Shown piece after piece: positions 1-13,539 of a stretch of 62,816 bases of DNA. This DNA comes from Macrostomum lignano. Its lineage: Eukaryota. The notes beneath the pieces were generated by a model. The model searched no databases, was not told the DNA's origin, and worked only from the letters and a program-made list of their open reading frames with translations. Each line of letters starts with the position of its first letter. Position 1 is the first letter of the stretch. The stretch is from positions 1 through 62,816 of the forward strand of contig NIVC01004052.1 of NCBI GenBank assembly GCA_002269645.1, written 5' to 3'. A program made the position numbers and the translations under genes.

Positions 1-133
1 CGAACTGCATCGGTCCATCTTGAGGCATCACGGAGGCCGCAGGCAAGCCGTACTCTGGCAGGCTTCTCCCACCCATGGAGGTCAGCATGCTCTGCAGCTC
101 GCGGAGCGCTAGTCGTAGTAATCTCCTCGGCAC
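1..133 (-). pseudogene. Putative fragment of a Helitron Rep/helicase coding region (runs off the window start)
   Basis: The minus strand translates as ...LALRELQSMLTSMGGRSLPEYGLP..., resembling the 'L..MGG.SL..(Y/F)GLP' motif between the Rep and PIF1 domains of Helitron RepHel proteins (motif recalled, not searched). The frame is apparently shifted upstream. Confidence 0.4.
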
Positions 134-2774
134 TTAAATCTCGATCTCCCAGAAGCACTTTTGAAAAAATCGTCTTTCCACTTAATTTACGGCTTAGTAA
201 TAAAATCTCTGCACTTAAAAGTATATCCATTCGATAGATCTAAAAGTTTTCTATCGATCGACACCTCACTCAACTCAATCCGTGCAGTGGTTGCAAAACA
301 GGAGCATTTTTTGGCGAAAAATGTGAAATTTCAAAATGCATTAGAGTCTAACATATTTACTCGTAAATACTTTCTAGCCCATGGCTACTGGTGGAACTAG
401 AGGGAGATACGTGCTGTAAAGTTTTTATTATTGTATGACAATCGCCAAGAAGAAACCGAAAAATTGTGCAAAGTGAGGCTGTTAAGACAGACAAACATTC
501 AACAAAATTAAATAGTTATACTGCTGTTTTTCTTGGAAGATTCGAACCGATTCTGATTCTGGAATCGGTGATATGAAAAGCCTCACTTATGACTCTCAGC
601 GGGGCCTTTCGTGCTATGGTGCAATCGATCCTCCTATAAATGCGGCCCCTCTCATGGCTTGGCTCAGACAAGCGTTTCTGCCTTTCCTTAGCCCGTTTCC
701 TCCGTTCCAGAGCTCCAAACCGGTTCTCCTCGTCTAGCGAACACTCTAAGTTTGTGTGCCAAGTTTGTGCTAAAGTTTAAACTCCAAGACTCCCGACTTT
801 GCGCGTGCCTGCTTCCGTTGCTCCTGCTATCAATTAGCAGGCCAGCTCAGATGGCCCGACGCTAGCACTTTCGCTCTCACCGCGCACGAGCCGGCAGGGA
901 CTGCTGACGGTGCGCACCTCTGCGCGGGAACTGCTAAATCTGCACGAAGTGCGAGTCTCTTTCTCTCGTCTTAGTTATTTGCTTCTACGAGCTCAGCACC
1001 TCACCGAAGGCTGCGACTCTGTGAAGCTGGTGGCAGCACTACCGACGCTACGAGAACTACTTTCTAAGAAGCCGCCAACGGGAGGTCACCGACCAGGAGC
1101 CAGAAGATCTGCTAGGACACCTCTAGACGCTATCGAGCAAAGTACAAGCAACCACTTCATTGGTGGCAGCGGTGGGATTCCAAGACCTACGGCTAGGCCA
1201 CCTGAGACAAATAAGAAACCACCAACAACAACAACTATACTTCACTAGTTTGTTTGTCATTGTGCAGGCAATATGTACGAGTATCCAGCATGCAGTAAAA
1301 GCAACCAGCATGCAGTAAAAGCAACCAGCATGCAGGATATGCATGTTGTGATCGTACCTAAAATTGTGCTGAATTCGCGTATAAACTGCTGACACGGGTG
1401 ATAAATTTATATTAATCTGCGCCCTATAGCTAAAAGTGATGCAGTTAAGCAACACCATTTTATACAATAATGCTCATTTTGGCATTTCACTTAAGGAAGC
1501 ATACGAGATAAGCATATAATTCACAAGGCCATGTGCTACAGTGGAGCTTACTAAGCTAATGCTGGAGGAAAATTATATGCTTCATTTAGACTTTTAAAAC
1601 GACGCCACGTAAACAATCCCAACTAGATACATTGAGGCTCTTCATATTGGTAATTGGTAATGTGAAGAGGCTTATTGTTGCAGCATTTTGGCTAAGAATA
1701 TCATGATGTAAGATCACCGTATCATGATATCTGAGCCTTTTTGCTGCACTTATTTGTGATATATTCCAGCAAAACTGTATACACGGTGCATTTTGGCAGG
1801 ATTTTTTAAATTAATTTTAATGATAAATAAATAGATACATATAGATAGATAGATAAAAATTATATCGAGTATTAGATCCGCAAAACACGAGTTCTTAACT
1901 GCATCATAAACAGTGAAAAGGGTATCAAAGGTTGGAGCATCTGTTGAAAATATAATTAGCTTTAGTTAAACAAAACGAGCCACAATTTACTGGCCGTGAA
2001 ACAAACCGCTGTTGCTCAGGGTTGGAAAGCCAACAGAAAATTTATTTGGCTGCAACAAAAACAAAAAAATAACAAAATCCGTGCAGGATTGGTGCAGGAT
2101 AGGATGTCTTACGGGGATTAAGGTTAACTAATAACTCATTTTGGAGGGCGATTATGTTATGCACAGCATAGAAAAAGTAGTATAATTTTTTATTACACGG
2201 CCGTTAAAAATTATTCAGCTTATCAGCTTTAATTGAGTAAAAAATTCACACAACTTAGACAAACTTAATTTCAACTGCATTGAGCTGAGCTATCAAAACA
2301 CTGGGATTGAGTTACATCGCTTGGCATGATGGATTTGTACTCAGCTTGTACTTCATTTGCTTTTTAAACACATGGCAAGACAAAAAATTAAAGGAAGAAA
2401 GTACTCACTATGTTCGAGAGGTGCATCGACCTCACTGAATGGTGGTGGAAAGTTTTTCTCCAAATCTCTTGGCAGCGGGTGCAGGCAGTAAAATATCCAG
2501 GAACTTTAAATGGGGTGGAGGATTGGTGTCCGGGTCCGGAAATATGGAAGTTGACATCCCACGATGGGCGAAAGCTGATGCAGAAACTTTCCAAAAAGGG
2601 ATGCAGGCAGCACAAATATGAAGCTGGCTCGTACATATACGACACGTGTTACGTTATTAACCCACACGAATTTACTAAAAAAGTAGCAATAAAAAGGGAC
2701 TCACAAGAGTCTTTCAAGATATCAATGCAAAACCCAGTGAAAACTTTTCTGTAAAAGTGGCCCATTGAGCATCC

Positions 2775-2890
2775 TTATCTAAATCATCTAAATCTCTAAA
2801 TCCTCTAATCTTCTAATCTTCTTTCTTCTATCTTCTAATCTTCTAATCTCTAAATCTCTAAATCTCTAAATCTCTAAATCTCTAAATCAT
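2775..2890. repeat. Short degenerate (TCTAAATC/TCTAATCT)n tract
   Basis: Direct reading of the sequence. The tract abuts the FkbM stop codon and overlaps it. Confidence 0.6.
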
Positions 2891-4003
2891 CTGAATCTCT
2901 TTCTTAACTCGTGGCAAAAAGTCGTTTCTAATCCATATTCCGTCCCATTCACCAAATGTGGTGATTTTCTGCACTTGGAAGGTCCTCATGGACAGCAGAG
3001 AGAAGTTCCTGGAAGTCATGAAGTGAGTCACAAAGTTGTAATATTTCGACGCTTGCGGCGGCTCCGTGAGCTTCCGCCAGAACTCCATCTGCAGCGCCAT
3101 GATGTTGAGCTCTCTAAACAGCTTTTCGCCAGTCTTCATGAACAGGTGCTCACCGGACTCGATATCCATCTTGATGATCACATTCTTGGTGCTGATGTGT
3201 TCTCGAAGCTCGTCCGCCCTGACCGTCATCACGGGAATAGTGTCCTCAATTGCTGTCGTAACCTTCTGTCTCCAGCCAGCCGCTGCACCCGAGCCGCTTC
3301 CGGCGTGGCAACCAAAATCGTCAGCGTTCCAAGTGATTCGCTTGACCGCCACGTCGTCGCTGATGAAGCCCCAGAAGAGCTTCAGTTTGTCATCAAGCAA
3401 ATCCAGCCTCTTCGCTGACATTTGCAACCTGGCCAATGCACGAATGTTTGCATCGATGGCCACTACGGGATACCCGAGCTCTCTGGCCTGCAGGCTGTAG
3501 ATGCCGACGTTGCTGCCGACGTCAAGGAACGTTACCGAGTCTGTCGGAAACTGCTTTAACAGGTTGAGCATCGTCCGAATTTCGCCAGTTTCCCAGGCGT
3601 TCTTTTTTAGCATCTCCCCAGAAATGAAGTCCTCCGCGCCGAAGGTAAATATCGGCATTCGGCCGCCGCCCATCGCTCGGGTCACATTGGCCACAGGAGA
3701 CCCTTGTCTGACAATGGTGTACATCTGCTGCGGTAAGTTCCTGTTCAGCTCGCACAGGAGAAACTTGCCCCTGACTAAATGATAGGCCGGCGTCTCCTGA
3801 CACAGCCGGTGCCGCAGGCTGGGGTTCGTGAAGTCGACGCTGCGGAGCTCGTTGTAGGCGGGACAGTTTTTGATCAACTGCACATCGCTCAGAACTGGCA
3901 GTGTGTCAGAATCAGCGAAATTTCTGCGCCGAACGAGGTATGCTACAGTCAGTAAGACAGCTGCTGCGCCAGCTAGCGATATTAAGTTATTCTTTGTTCT
4001 CAT
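2882..4003 (-). CDS. FkbM-family (Methyltransf_21) SAM-dependent methyltransferase with N-terminal membrane anchor; single exon, ~373 aa
   Basis: Uninterrupted ORF (track 2882-4162). The likely start is M54, MRTKNNLISLAGAAAVLLTVAYLVRRR (type II anchor). Motif I is VTFLDVGSNVGIYSL; also VVAIDAN, IIKMDIESGE and ALQMEF, typical of FkbM-family proteins. Confidence 0.8.
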   Translation of the reverse strand: MRTKNNLISLAGAAAVLLTVAYLVRRRNFADSDTLPVLSDVQLIKNCPAYNELRSVDFTNPSLRHRLCQETPAYHLVRGKFLLCELNRNLPQQMYTIVRQGSPVANVTRAMGGGRMPIFTFGAEDFISGEMLKKNAWETGEIRTMLNLLKQFPTDSVTFLDVGSNVGIYSLQARELGYPVVAIDANIRALARLQMSAKRLDLLDDKLKLFWGFISDDVAVKRITWNADDFGCHAGSGSGAAAGWRQKVTTAIEDTIPVMTVRADELREHISTKNVIIKMDIESGEHLFMKTGEKLFRELNIMALQMEFWRKLTEPPQASKYYNFVTHFMTSRNFSLLSMRTFQVQKITTFGEWDGIWIRNDFLPRVKKEIQMI

Positions 4004-4779
4004 CGTTTTTGCGCGAGCAGAAAGTTTTGAGATTGCAAAAAGCTCACAAGGATTTCTCGGAATGCATAGGAGGCCGTCTGTATCACGAGTTTTTATGCGT
4101 GAAAGCAGAGTGTAAGCACTGGAATTGTGCTTACATCGAAGCAAACAACGGCCTCCTCTCATCTCGACCGGGGCTATCCAGCCAGACCAGCTCTAAACTA
4201 AAAGACAAATAACAAAAGCCGAGGTTTGAGGGCCAAGCCAGCAGCCTGCGAACGCGTGACACAGTAGACTCGCAGCAATGCTTTGGGGGTGATATGGTTG
4301 CCTAACAACAGCACACAGAAAAACTGCTCGAGCGATAACCCTGCCCCGCTCAAACTATGCATTGCTCTGCATTTTGTCAACTAAACCAGTTTGCTTGCTT
4401 GACTATAAAATACACTGTCTTGAATAATTTGCGGTACAGAGAGGAGTTGGAGATGTGAGCCTCACACTCATAATAGGGCCCTTTGATGCCAGTGAGTTAG
4501 AAAGTCTTTCTGGCTTGTGAGCAGAAGATAGCAGGAAAATAAAACCTGTTAGACACAGAAATTCTTTGAGCACCTCTGCTACGCAGTCCCTCTCATACTG
4601 CCTGACTGTTTGGCTAATAACAAACCAAACTTCTTCAGCCTTCGGAATTGCGCACTGCGCAAAAGCAACGCAAGCTCAGTGATACAATCGTTTCTTAAGG
4701 AGAAAAGAGAGAGACGATAGAGAAAAGAAGACGCCTGGGTTTCTTTAGACGTGGGAATATGAATTTAAAGAGTGAAAAA

Positions 4780-6339
4780 ATGGCTAAATATGAAGAGGGG
4801 GATGGAGTGGCTAAATATGAAGACTGGAAATAGAGTGGCTAAATATGAAGAGTGGGAATAAAGAGGCTAAATATGAAGAGTGGGAATAGAGAGGCTAATT
4901 GAAAGAGTGGGAATGGAGAGGCTAATAGAAAGAGTGGGAATAAAGAGACTATAGAAAAAGTGGGAATGGAGAGGCTAATAGAAAGAGTGAGAATAAAGAG
5001 GCTAATGGGAAAAGTGGGAATGAAGTGGCTAATTGAAAGAGTGGGAATAGAGAGGCTAATTGAAAGAGTGGGAGTAAAGAGGCTAATGGGAGGAGTGAGA
5101 ATAGAGAGGCTAATAGAAAGATTGGGAATAGAGTGGCTAATTGAAAGAGTGGGAATAGAGAGGCTAATGGGAAGAGTGGGAATAGAGAGGCTAATAGAAA
5201 GAGTGGGAATAGAGAGGCTAATTGAAAGAGTGGGAATAGAGAGGCTAATGGGAAGAGTGGGAATAGAGAGGCTAATTGAAAGAGTGGGAATAGAGAGGCT
5301 AATGGGAAGAGTGAGAATAGAGAGGCTAACTAAAATAGTAGGAAAAGAGACTAATAGAAAGAGTGTGAATAGAAAGGCTAATAGAAAGTATGGGAGTACA
5401 GAGCTAATTGAAAAAGTGGGAATAGAGAGGCTAATTGAAAGAGTGGGAATAGAGAGGCTAATAGAAAGAGTGGGAATAGAGAAGCTAATGGGAAGAGTGG
5501 GAATAGAGAGGCTAATAGAAAGAGTGGGAATAGAGAGGCTAATTGAAAGAGTGGGAATAGAGAGGCTAATGGGAAGAGTGAGAATAGAGAGGCTAACTAA
5601 AAGAGTAGGAATAGAGAGGCGAATTGAAAGAGTGGGAATAAAGAGGCTAATAGAAAGAGTGGGAATAGAGAGGCTAATAGAAAGAGTGGGAATAGAGAGG
5701 CTAATAGAAAGAGTGGGAATAGAGAGGCTAATGGGAAGAGTGGGAATAGAGAGGCTAATAGAAAGAGTGGGAATAGAGAGGCTAATAGAAAGGGTGGGAA
5801 TAGAGAGGCTAATTGAAAGAGTGTGAATAGAGAGGCTAATAGAAAGAGTGGGAATAGAGAGGCTAATAGAAAGAGTGGGAATAGAGAGGCTAATGGGAAG
5901 AGTGGGAATAGAGAGGCTAATAGAAAGAGTGGGAATAGAGAGGCTAATAGAAAGGGTGGGAATAGAGAGGCTAATTGAAAGAGTGTGAATAGAGAGGCTA
6001 ATAGAAAGAGTGGGAATAGAGAGGCTAATTGAAATAGTGTGAATAGAGAGGCTCATTGAAATAGTGGGAATAGAGAAGCTAATGGGAAGAGTGGGAATAG
6101 AGTGGCTAATATAAAGAGTGGGAATAGAGAGGCTAATTGAAAGAGTGGGAATAGAGAGGCTAATTGAAAAAGTGGGAATAAAGAGGCTAATTGAAAGAGT
6201 GGGAATAGAGAGGCTAATAGAAAGAGTGTGAATAGAGAGGCTCATTGAAATAGTGGGAATGGAGTGGCTAATTGAAAGATTGGGAAAGAGAGGCTAACTG
6301 AAAGAGTAGGAATAGAGATGCTAATGGAAAGAGTGGGAA
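4780..6339. repeat. 27-bp minisatellite (AGAGTGGGAATAGAGAGGCTAATTGAA)n, left part
   Basis: Tandem 27-mers read directly; the 9-aa periodicity (IERVGIERL) of the spurious ORFs confirms the period. Confidence 0.95.
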
Positions 6340-9300
6340 TCATCATCTAAATATACTAAATCTCTTCTTCTATCTAAATATACTAAATCTCTAAGCTTTG
6401 TATGTTTGAATGCTTGCTTGTCCATAACGCTCTACAGATTGCAATTCTTGACCAATTTTGATCGCGTTTTCGCCAAAAGATTTCTAATCAGCCTGGGATT
6501 GTATGGTTAAAATTTCTTGTATCTGCTTCAATGCTAAAGGGATTAAATATTCGAAAAACATGTTTTCTGCAAAGGTCAAGCAGCTCTTTCTACTTGAAAT
6601 GCGCTGTAAAAATGCTAGAGAAAAAACTGACTGGCTGAATTCTTATTCTGATAAAGATTACATCACAACAAGTTGAAAACACTGTGCCAAGTTGAAAGAC
6701 AGCAATTGCGTAACCATATAGCAAACTTTAATTTAGACTGATACTGACTGCCTGCGTATTTAATTATGTCATAGCTGCTTCGTGTGACTTTCACTCGAAC
6801 AGACTTTGTGTTAGTATTCGTGTATTCGTGTAGCACTCTAGAGATCTCTCTATAAAAAGATTTGTAATTATCTGGAAAGAAGGCAGCTAAAATTTCTTGT
6901 AGCTGCTTCAATGTTAAAGGTATTAAATATTCGAAAAACGAGTTTTTCTAATGCTTTTATTAGAAGGCCAAGCAAGGTTGAATTCTTGACTGGCTGAATT
7001 CCAATTCTAATTATAATTGCGCCACAACTGCGTACTGCATATTCTCGCTATAAACTGACTCTGAGCTTTTTAGGTGGAGGCAGTGTGCCAAGCATTGCGC
7101 AGGCACTCTGGAGGGAGAGCGAAATCAGCCAGTGCATTTTAAAAGTATTGAAATAAAATAATGCTCAGTGGCTGCGTGTGTACATTCTTCTGACCTTGGC
7201 TGAATGGCTCTGCCGGCACCAAACCTGTGCACACTGAGCAGCCTATCACTGCTATGTATTTGACCGCAATGTCAAAGCATATATGGCTGATTTTTGTGCC
7301 CTCCCATCAGTAGGCGGAATAGCCGCAGTGTAGGCACTAGGATAGGTTTAGGCTAGGCGTAAGGTCCAAGGTTCGAGTCCGCCTCGCCGGCCGATAATTA
7401 AAATTAAATAAATTAGTTCATTTATACCTAGCGCCTCAATTAATTGAATCATTTTTTATTAATTAGTAAGCCACACTCAATGAATTATATTTGCTATTCA
7501 GCACAATATTTTGCTATTCAGCACAAGTTGCTAAACAAATTTGATTTTGTCAATTTGAATTTGATTTGATTTCAGCCAGTGCATTTAAAAATTTGATTTG
7601 TAAAAAACTGATTCGTGTATTACTGCTTCCGAATTGCAGACGATGCTGCTAAATAGCTAAATAGCTGAAGGTACTGCTAAATGCTGAGCTGCGCAAAAGA
7701 CTGCCGATATGTATCGAAAATTGATTAGTGAGCCCTACTAAATGCTGAGCAAATTTTCAGAATACTGAAAGAATAATTGCTGAGAAGACTCATTCATGCA
7801 GACTGCAAAGGGAAAAATTGAAAAAAACTGCTGAGGTATTCCTCCAGACTTATGAGTGTATAGCAGAGCAAGTTGTTGAGGGGATACGAGTAACTGCGGA
7901 CTGCTGAGTGAATTATTGTAGCTTGCCGGTGCTAATGAAAGTTGTAGAGAGTAGTACCTGCAGGCTGCTAAGAGTATGACTGCAGTCTGTTTGCGGGATT
8001 AGAAGGGATAGCTAATTTCAGGTTGTTGTGGGGATAACTGCCGATTTCTGGGGGGGGGGTTAACTTCAAAGTGCGAAGTTACTAAACTTCTAGAATAGTA
8101 TAAGGCTTTTAGTAGAAGGTCGGCAGTTCGAGTCTACATTGAAGCAGCGAATTTATCGTTGTGACAATAATCATTGTTTCCTATGGGAATTCATGCAAAT
8201 TTTTAACATTTTATTTTATATATACTTTCGCTGGGGCTACGCTAAGCTTCAAGAGCAGTGCTTATCTGCTGTAAGTGCTAATTTGCAAAGGGTATTTCTA
8301 ATCTGGGTGAGCAGCGCTAATCGGGGAGAGCAGTGCTAATCTGTCGACGCATATAATAAAATAATAAATATGTAAGGAGATTAAATTTACCCTGCAAGTT
8401 GCAAAAACATTTTAAATGGTTTCGATTATGCAGAACCAATATGGCCATATGCAAAGATTAGTGGCCATCTGCTCACTGATTGTGCAAAACAGTGCTGGTG
8501 AACCACTGCTAAACTGCTGGCGAAGCATTGCTAAACTGCATTGCTAAACTGCTGGTGAAGCATTGCTAAACTGCTGGTGAAGCATTGCTAAACTGCATTG
8601 CTAAACTGCTGGTGAACCATTGCTAAACTGCAGAAAGCTATAGTGAAATATTGTATTTTTTAATATTAACTTCTGTTAAAGAGAAGAAAACGCAAAGGCA
8701 AGAAAAAACGAACAAGAATCATCTTGTCAATCATAAAAAAGCACCCTGTCGAAAGTAAAAGTCTCATTGGGAATTGCTAAGACTGTTAAGACTGCTAAGA
8801 CTATTGCTATGAGCATAATGCTGGTATGGCAAATTGCTGTGATATATCAATACTCATGGAAGGATTTATAAGATATCAAGACAAAGGGGAATTGCTATAA
8901 TTATGTCATTCTTGGGAGAATTGCTCTGAATTCAAGGTTCATTTGTGAAATTGCTGAAATTAATTGTTGAAATGCAAGTGCCAAGATATCAAATGGTTAG
9001 TCACTCAATTTTCAGGCTCATGGGGAAATTGCTAACATTTCCAAAGCTCATTGGGGAATTGCTGAAATTCGACTACAGGTTAAGGGTTATGGTTTTGGTT
9101 AAATTATAGAGCGATCGTCGTGACAACCATCAATGATCCATCGAGGAATTGCTAAGATTAAAGGCTCTTGGGGCGAATTACTTAAATGCTTTGGCTCTAC
9201 GGGGAATTGCTGATAGGTCAAGGCTTTCGGTGAAATTCAGATTACAAACCTTATGAGGAAGTTACTTTAATGCTGAGGCTCAAGGCTCATAGTGGAAATT

Positions 9301-11204
9301 GCTAACATGCCAAGACTCACTTATGAGTAGGTTTGGGGGCTTAGGGTCAGTTTTGGTTCAATCATAGATTAACCGCTGTCAACAATCAATTAAAGACTTG
9401 CTAAGATATCAAAGCTCATGGGGGAATAGCTGAGTTATCAAGGCTTATAAGGGGATTGCTGAATTCTTGGGAGAGGGGAGTTGGGTTGTTGGGATGTCAA
9501 GGCTAATTACTGCGCTGGGAGAATTGCTGCAATGTCGAGGCTTAATGGGGGAATTGCTGAGATGTCAAGTCCTACTAGGAATTGCTGAGATGTCAAGGCT
9601 TTCTGGGAATTGCTAAAATGTCAAGTCCTACTGGGAATTGCTAAGATTTCTATGCTTACTGAGATGTCAAGGCTTACTGGGGGAATTGCTGAGATGTCAA
9701 GGCTTACTGGGGGAATTGCTGAGATCTCAGAGCTTACTGGGGGAATTGCTGAGATGTCAAGGCTTACTGAGGGAATTGCTGAGATGTCAAGGCTTACTGG
9801 GGGAATTGCTGAGATGTCAAGGCTTACTGGGGGAATTGCTGAGATCTCAAAACTTACTGGGATAATTTCTGAGATTTCAATGCTTACTGGGAAATGCTGA
9901 GATTTCAAGGCTTACTGGGGGAATTGCTGAGATGTCAAGGCTTACTGGGGGAATTGCTGAGATGTCAAGGCTCATGGACGATGGCTGAATTTTTTGGGGG
10001 GTGTTAGGTTGTTGGGCGATTGTCAGATAGTCAGGTAGTACGGCTCAAGTAGCTCATGTAATTCAGATAATGTAATTCAGATAAATTTTAACCATCAACC
10101 AAGGACTTGCCATCAACTAAAGACTAGCTAAGATGGGAGTTGCTAAGATATCAAAGCTCATGGATGGAATCGCTGAGTTGACAAGGCTCATGAAGAAATT
10201 GCTGAGATATCAAGGCTCATAAGGGGATTGCTGAATTCTTGGGGGAGGGGAGTTGGGTTGTTGGGATGTCAAGGCTTACTCGGCTGAGAGAACTGCGTAG
10301 ATGTCAAGGCTCGAGTTTAATTTCTGCGATGTCGATGCTTAATGGGGGAACTGCTGAGATGTCAAGGCTTTCTGGGGGAATTGATGAATTGTCAAGTCTT
10401 ACTGGGAATTGCTAAGATGTGAAGGCTTTCTGGGGGAATGCTGAGATTTCAAGGCTTACTGGGGGAATGCTGAGATATCAATGCTTACTGGGGGAATTGC
10501 TGAGATCTCAAGGCTTCTCAGCAATTCTTGCACGTATTAGCAATTGTTAGCCAAGTATTCTTAGCAATTCTTAGCAATTCTTGTCAAGGCTTACTGGTGG
10601 AATTGCTGAGATGTAAAGGCTTACTGGGAGAATTGCTGATATGTCAAGGCTTACTGGGGGGGAGGGGAATTGCTAAGATGCCAAGGCTCATGGACGATGG
10701 CTGAATTGTTGGGGGATGTTAGGTTGTTAGGCGATTGTCAGATAGTCAGGTAGTACAGCTGAAGTACCTCATGTAATTCAGATAATGAAATTGTACACAC
10801 AAGTGATGCTGATTTCTGCTAATAGGAAATACCAGCGCATTTATTAAAGGTTTCATTCTTTGATTCAGGCTAATTAAGAGAGAGGGTCTAAGGCCGTCAA
10901 TGATTTGCATATTTGCAGCGGATCAGAATATGCCCCGGCCAGCGACGATATGCACTAAGAGTTTGTGCTTGAAAGGATAAGCACTATTTGTTGATTGAAA
11001 AAGGGTTTTGTGCTGATGAAGGAAACTTTTTTGGCTGATGAAAGTTCTGATTCATGGCAATTTATTTTTGCCAAAATGAGAAAAGGTAATTTTTGATTAA
11101 TGGAAATCAACATTTTGGATAATTATAGTAAGGTTACTCTTGCGTCAAAATAAAAACCAATTGGTGTCATTTTAGGGCTCCCCAAAGGGGGGCTAAATGG
11201 CTAG
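6340..11204 (+). mobile_element. Non-autonomous Helitron unit H1
   Basis: 5' TC..ATATACTAAATCTC head (duplicated); 3' hairpin GCTCCCC-AAA-GGGGGGC followed by TAAATGGCTAG. Confidence 0.75.
9540..10680. repeat. 30-bp minisatellite (GCTGAGATGTCAAGGCTTACTGGGGGAATT)n inside H1
   Basis: Tandem 30-mers; 10-aa period (AEMSRLTGGI) in the spurious ORF. Confidence 0.85.
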
Positions 11205-13539
11205 TCACAATATACTAAATCTCTAAGGTTTGTCTGTCTGTCTGACCGGTATTCCAGTCTACAGCCTGAAAGCCTGAACCGATTTTTTTCAAGCTTGCTT
11301 CATTCAATTGCAAATTCTTGTGAGATTGTGTGGGTGTAATTGCATTGAAAAATTCGAATGAGAAGTTGGTTAAATATTCGAAAAACGAGTTTTTTTAATG
11401 CTTTCAATGGGAGGCTAGAAAAGGTCAAAATCTCACTGACTGAATTTCAATTCCAATTAAGATTGCGCCACAACTTTTCTCTGTTCACTGTGTACGCCTC
11501 AATACTGGCTGCAATAAGGGAGAGGAAAATAATGCTCAGTGGCTGCGTGTGTACATTCTGACCCTGGCTGACTGGCGGACTGCATAGACAGTTGCTATTT
11601 ATAGATTTCACTCAACTGTGCATTGGCTCTGCCTGCACATAACTGCTTAATGAACTGAGCAGCCTATCACTGCTATGTATTTGACTGCAGTGCCGAAGAA
11701 TATATGGCTGATTTTTGCGCCCTCCGATCAGTAGGCGGAATAGCCGCAGTGTAGGCACTAGGACTAGGTTTAGGCTAGGCATAAGGTCCAAGGTTCGAGT
11801 CCGCCTCCCCAGCGGATAATTAAAATTAAATAAATTCATTCATTAGTAGCTTCTGCCTCGACTATTTTGAACATTTTTGATTAATTGTAAAAATTCTTTA
11901 TTAATTACAATAATTTATTTTTGCTACTCGCACAAGCCACTAAGCAAATTTGATTTGATTTGTAAAATCCTAAGATCCCATTAATTGTTATTATCTAGGT
12001 CTATAGAAGTAGATTTTTAGTATATAGGACTAAACTGCAGGGGATTAAATTACTAAACTGCAGACGATGCTGCTAAACTGCTGAGGTATTGCTAAATGCT
12101 GAGTGGTGCAAAAGATTGCCGATATGTATCGAAAATCGATTAGTGAGCCATAAAATGCTGAGCTTATTTCAACATTGTTGAAAGCATCATTGCAGTAGAT
12201 GATGCTGCTAAACTGCTGAGGTATTGCTAAATGCTGAGTTGCGCAAGACTGCCAATATGTATCGAAAATTCGTGTCGTAAATGCTGAGAAAATTTTTAAA
12301 TCATTGAAAAGATCATTGCAGTTTGCTGAGAATACTAAGGGGCCAGCTGAGAGAACTGCAGACTGCTGCAAAGGGATAAATGAGAATTATTAAGGAAACA
12401 CTTGCTGACTGCAAATGAATTGACTGCAGACTACTGAGGGGAACTGCAGATTGTTGAAGGGATCATTGCAGACTGCAAAGGGGACAAACTGCAAACTGCT
12501 GACGTTAGTTAGTTTCTCGAGACTTATGAGCGTATAAGCTGCAAACTGCTGAGGGGATAGCTGCAGACTGCTAGGATAATAATGGCAGACTTCTGAGGAG
12601 GATATCTAACTGTGAATAATTGTAGCTTGCAGAAGGGACAATTCTGGGTCCCTGAGGGATAAATGAATAATAATAATAAAAGTAGTAGAGTGCAAATGAG
12701 TTGTATGACTGCATGTCTGTTTTGCGGAATTAGAAGGGATAATTTCAGGTTGTTGTGGGGATAACTGCCAATTTCTGGGGAGGGTTTAACTTTAAACTTG
12801 TGAGGCGATAATAGTAGTCGCCTTTTAGCAGTTTGGGAGTGGTGCTAATCTGGGGAGCGGTGCTAATCTAAGGGAGTGGGGCTAATATAAAGGAGTGGGG
12901 GGGGCTAATCTGGAGGAAGTAGCGGTGCGAATTTTTGCGGAGTGGTGCTAATCTGGAGGAAGTAGCGGTGCGAATTTTTGCGGAGTGATGCTAATCTGGG
13001 AAGGTGAAACTATCTGGGAAGCGGCGGTAATCTGTGGAGCGGTGCTAATCTAGGCTGAGTGCTAATCTGGGCTGAGTGCTAATCTGGGCTGAGTGCTAAT
13101 CTGGGCTGAGTGCTAATCTGGACTGAGTGCTAATCTGGGCTGAGTGCTAATCTGGGCTGAGTGCTAATCTGGGGGAAGTGGGGCTAATCTGGGGGTGTGC
13201 GGCTAATATGGGGGGAGTAGTGCTAATCTGGGGGAAGTGGGGCTAATCTGGGGGTGTAGGGCTAATGTGGGAGAATAGTGGTAATCTGATGAGGATTTGA
13301 AAATAACGAATAATCATAAAAGAACTAAAAATGAATTGACATTGCAAAGTTTCAAACATAAAGAAATGTAAATTTTTAGAACTTTTTAGTCTCAGTAAAA
13401 TTGGTGTACAACTACTTAGAGATTTGCTACTGCAGAACTGCGCGGAGATTAGTGAGATATGCTCAGCGACTGTGACAAACTGCTTATAGACAAGCGCTAA
13501 ACTGCTAAGAAGCCACCCGGAGGGGGGCTAAATGGCTAG
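11205..13539 (+). mobile_element. Non-autonomous Helitron unit H2
   Basis: 5' TCACAATATACTAAATCTC...GCCTGAACCGATTTT head; 3' AGCCACCC-GGA-GGGGGGCT hairpin + AAATGGCTAG; internal 17-bp repeat (GTGCTAATCTGGGCTGA) at ~13030-13260. Confidence 0.8.

Noticed and set aside
560-1250. GC-richer block with a TATAAA and several hairpins, possibly an LTR or promoter; 112-aa ORF 910-1248
   Set aside because: No second copy, TSD, PBS or recognisable protein motif in the window supports a call.
4839-6245. Long ORFs (468 aa and 288 aa) on both strands, and similar ORFs at 9610-9908, 20981-22074, 23176-23642, 27016-27430, 29564-30673
   Set aside because: They are translations of stop-free minisatellite units (27, 30, 23 and 17/18 bp), not genes.
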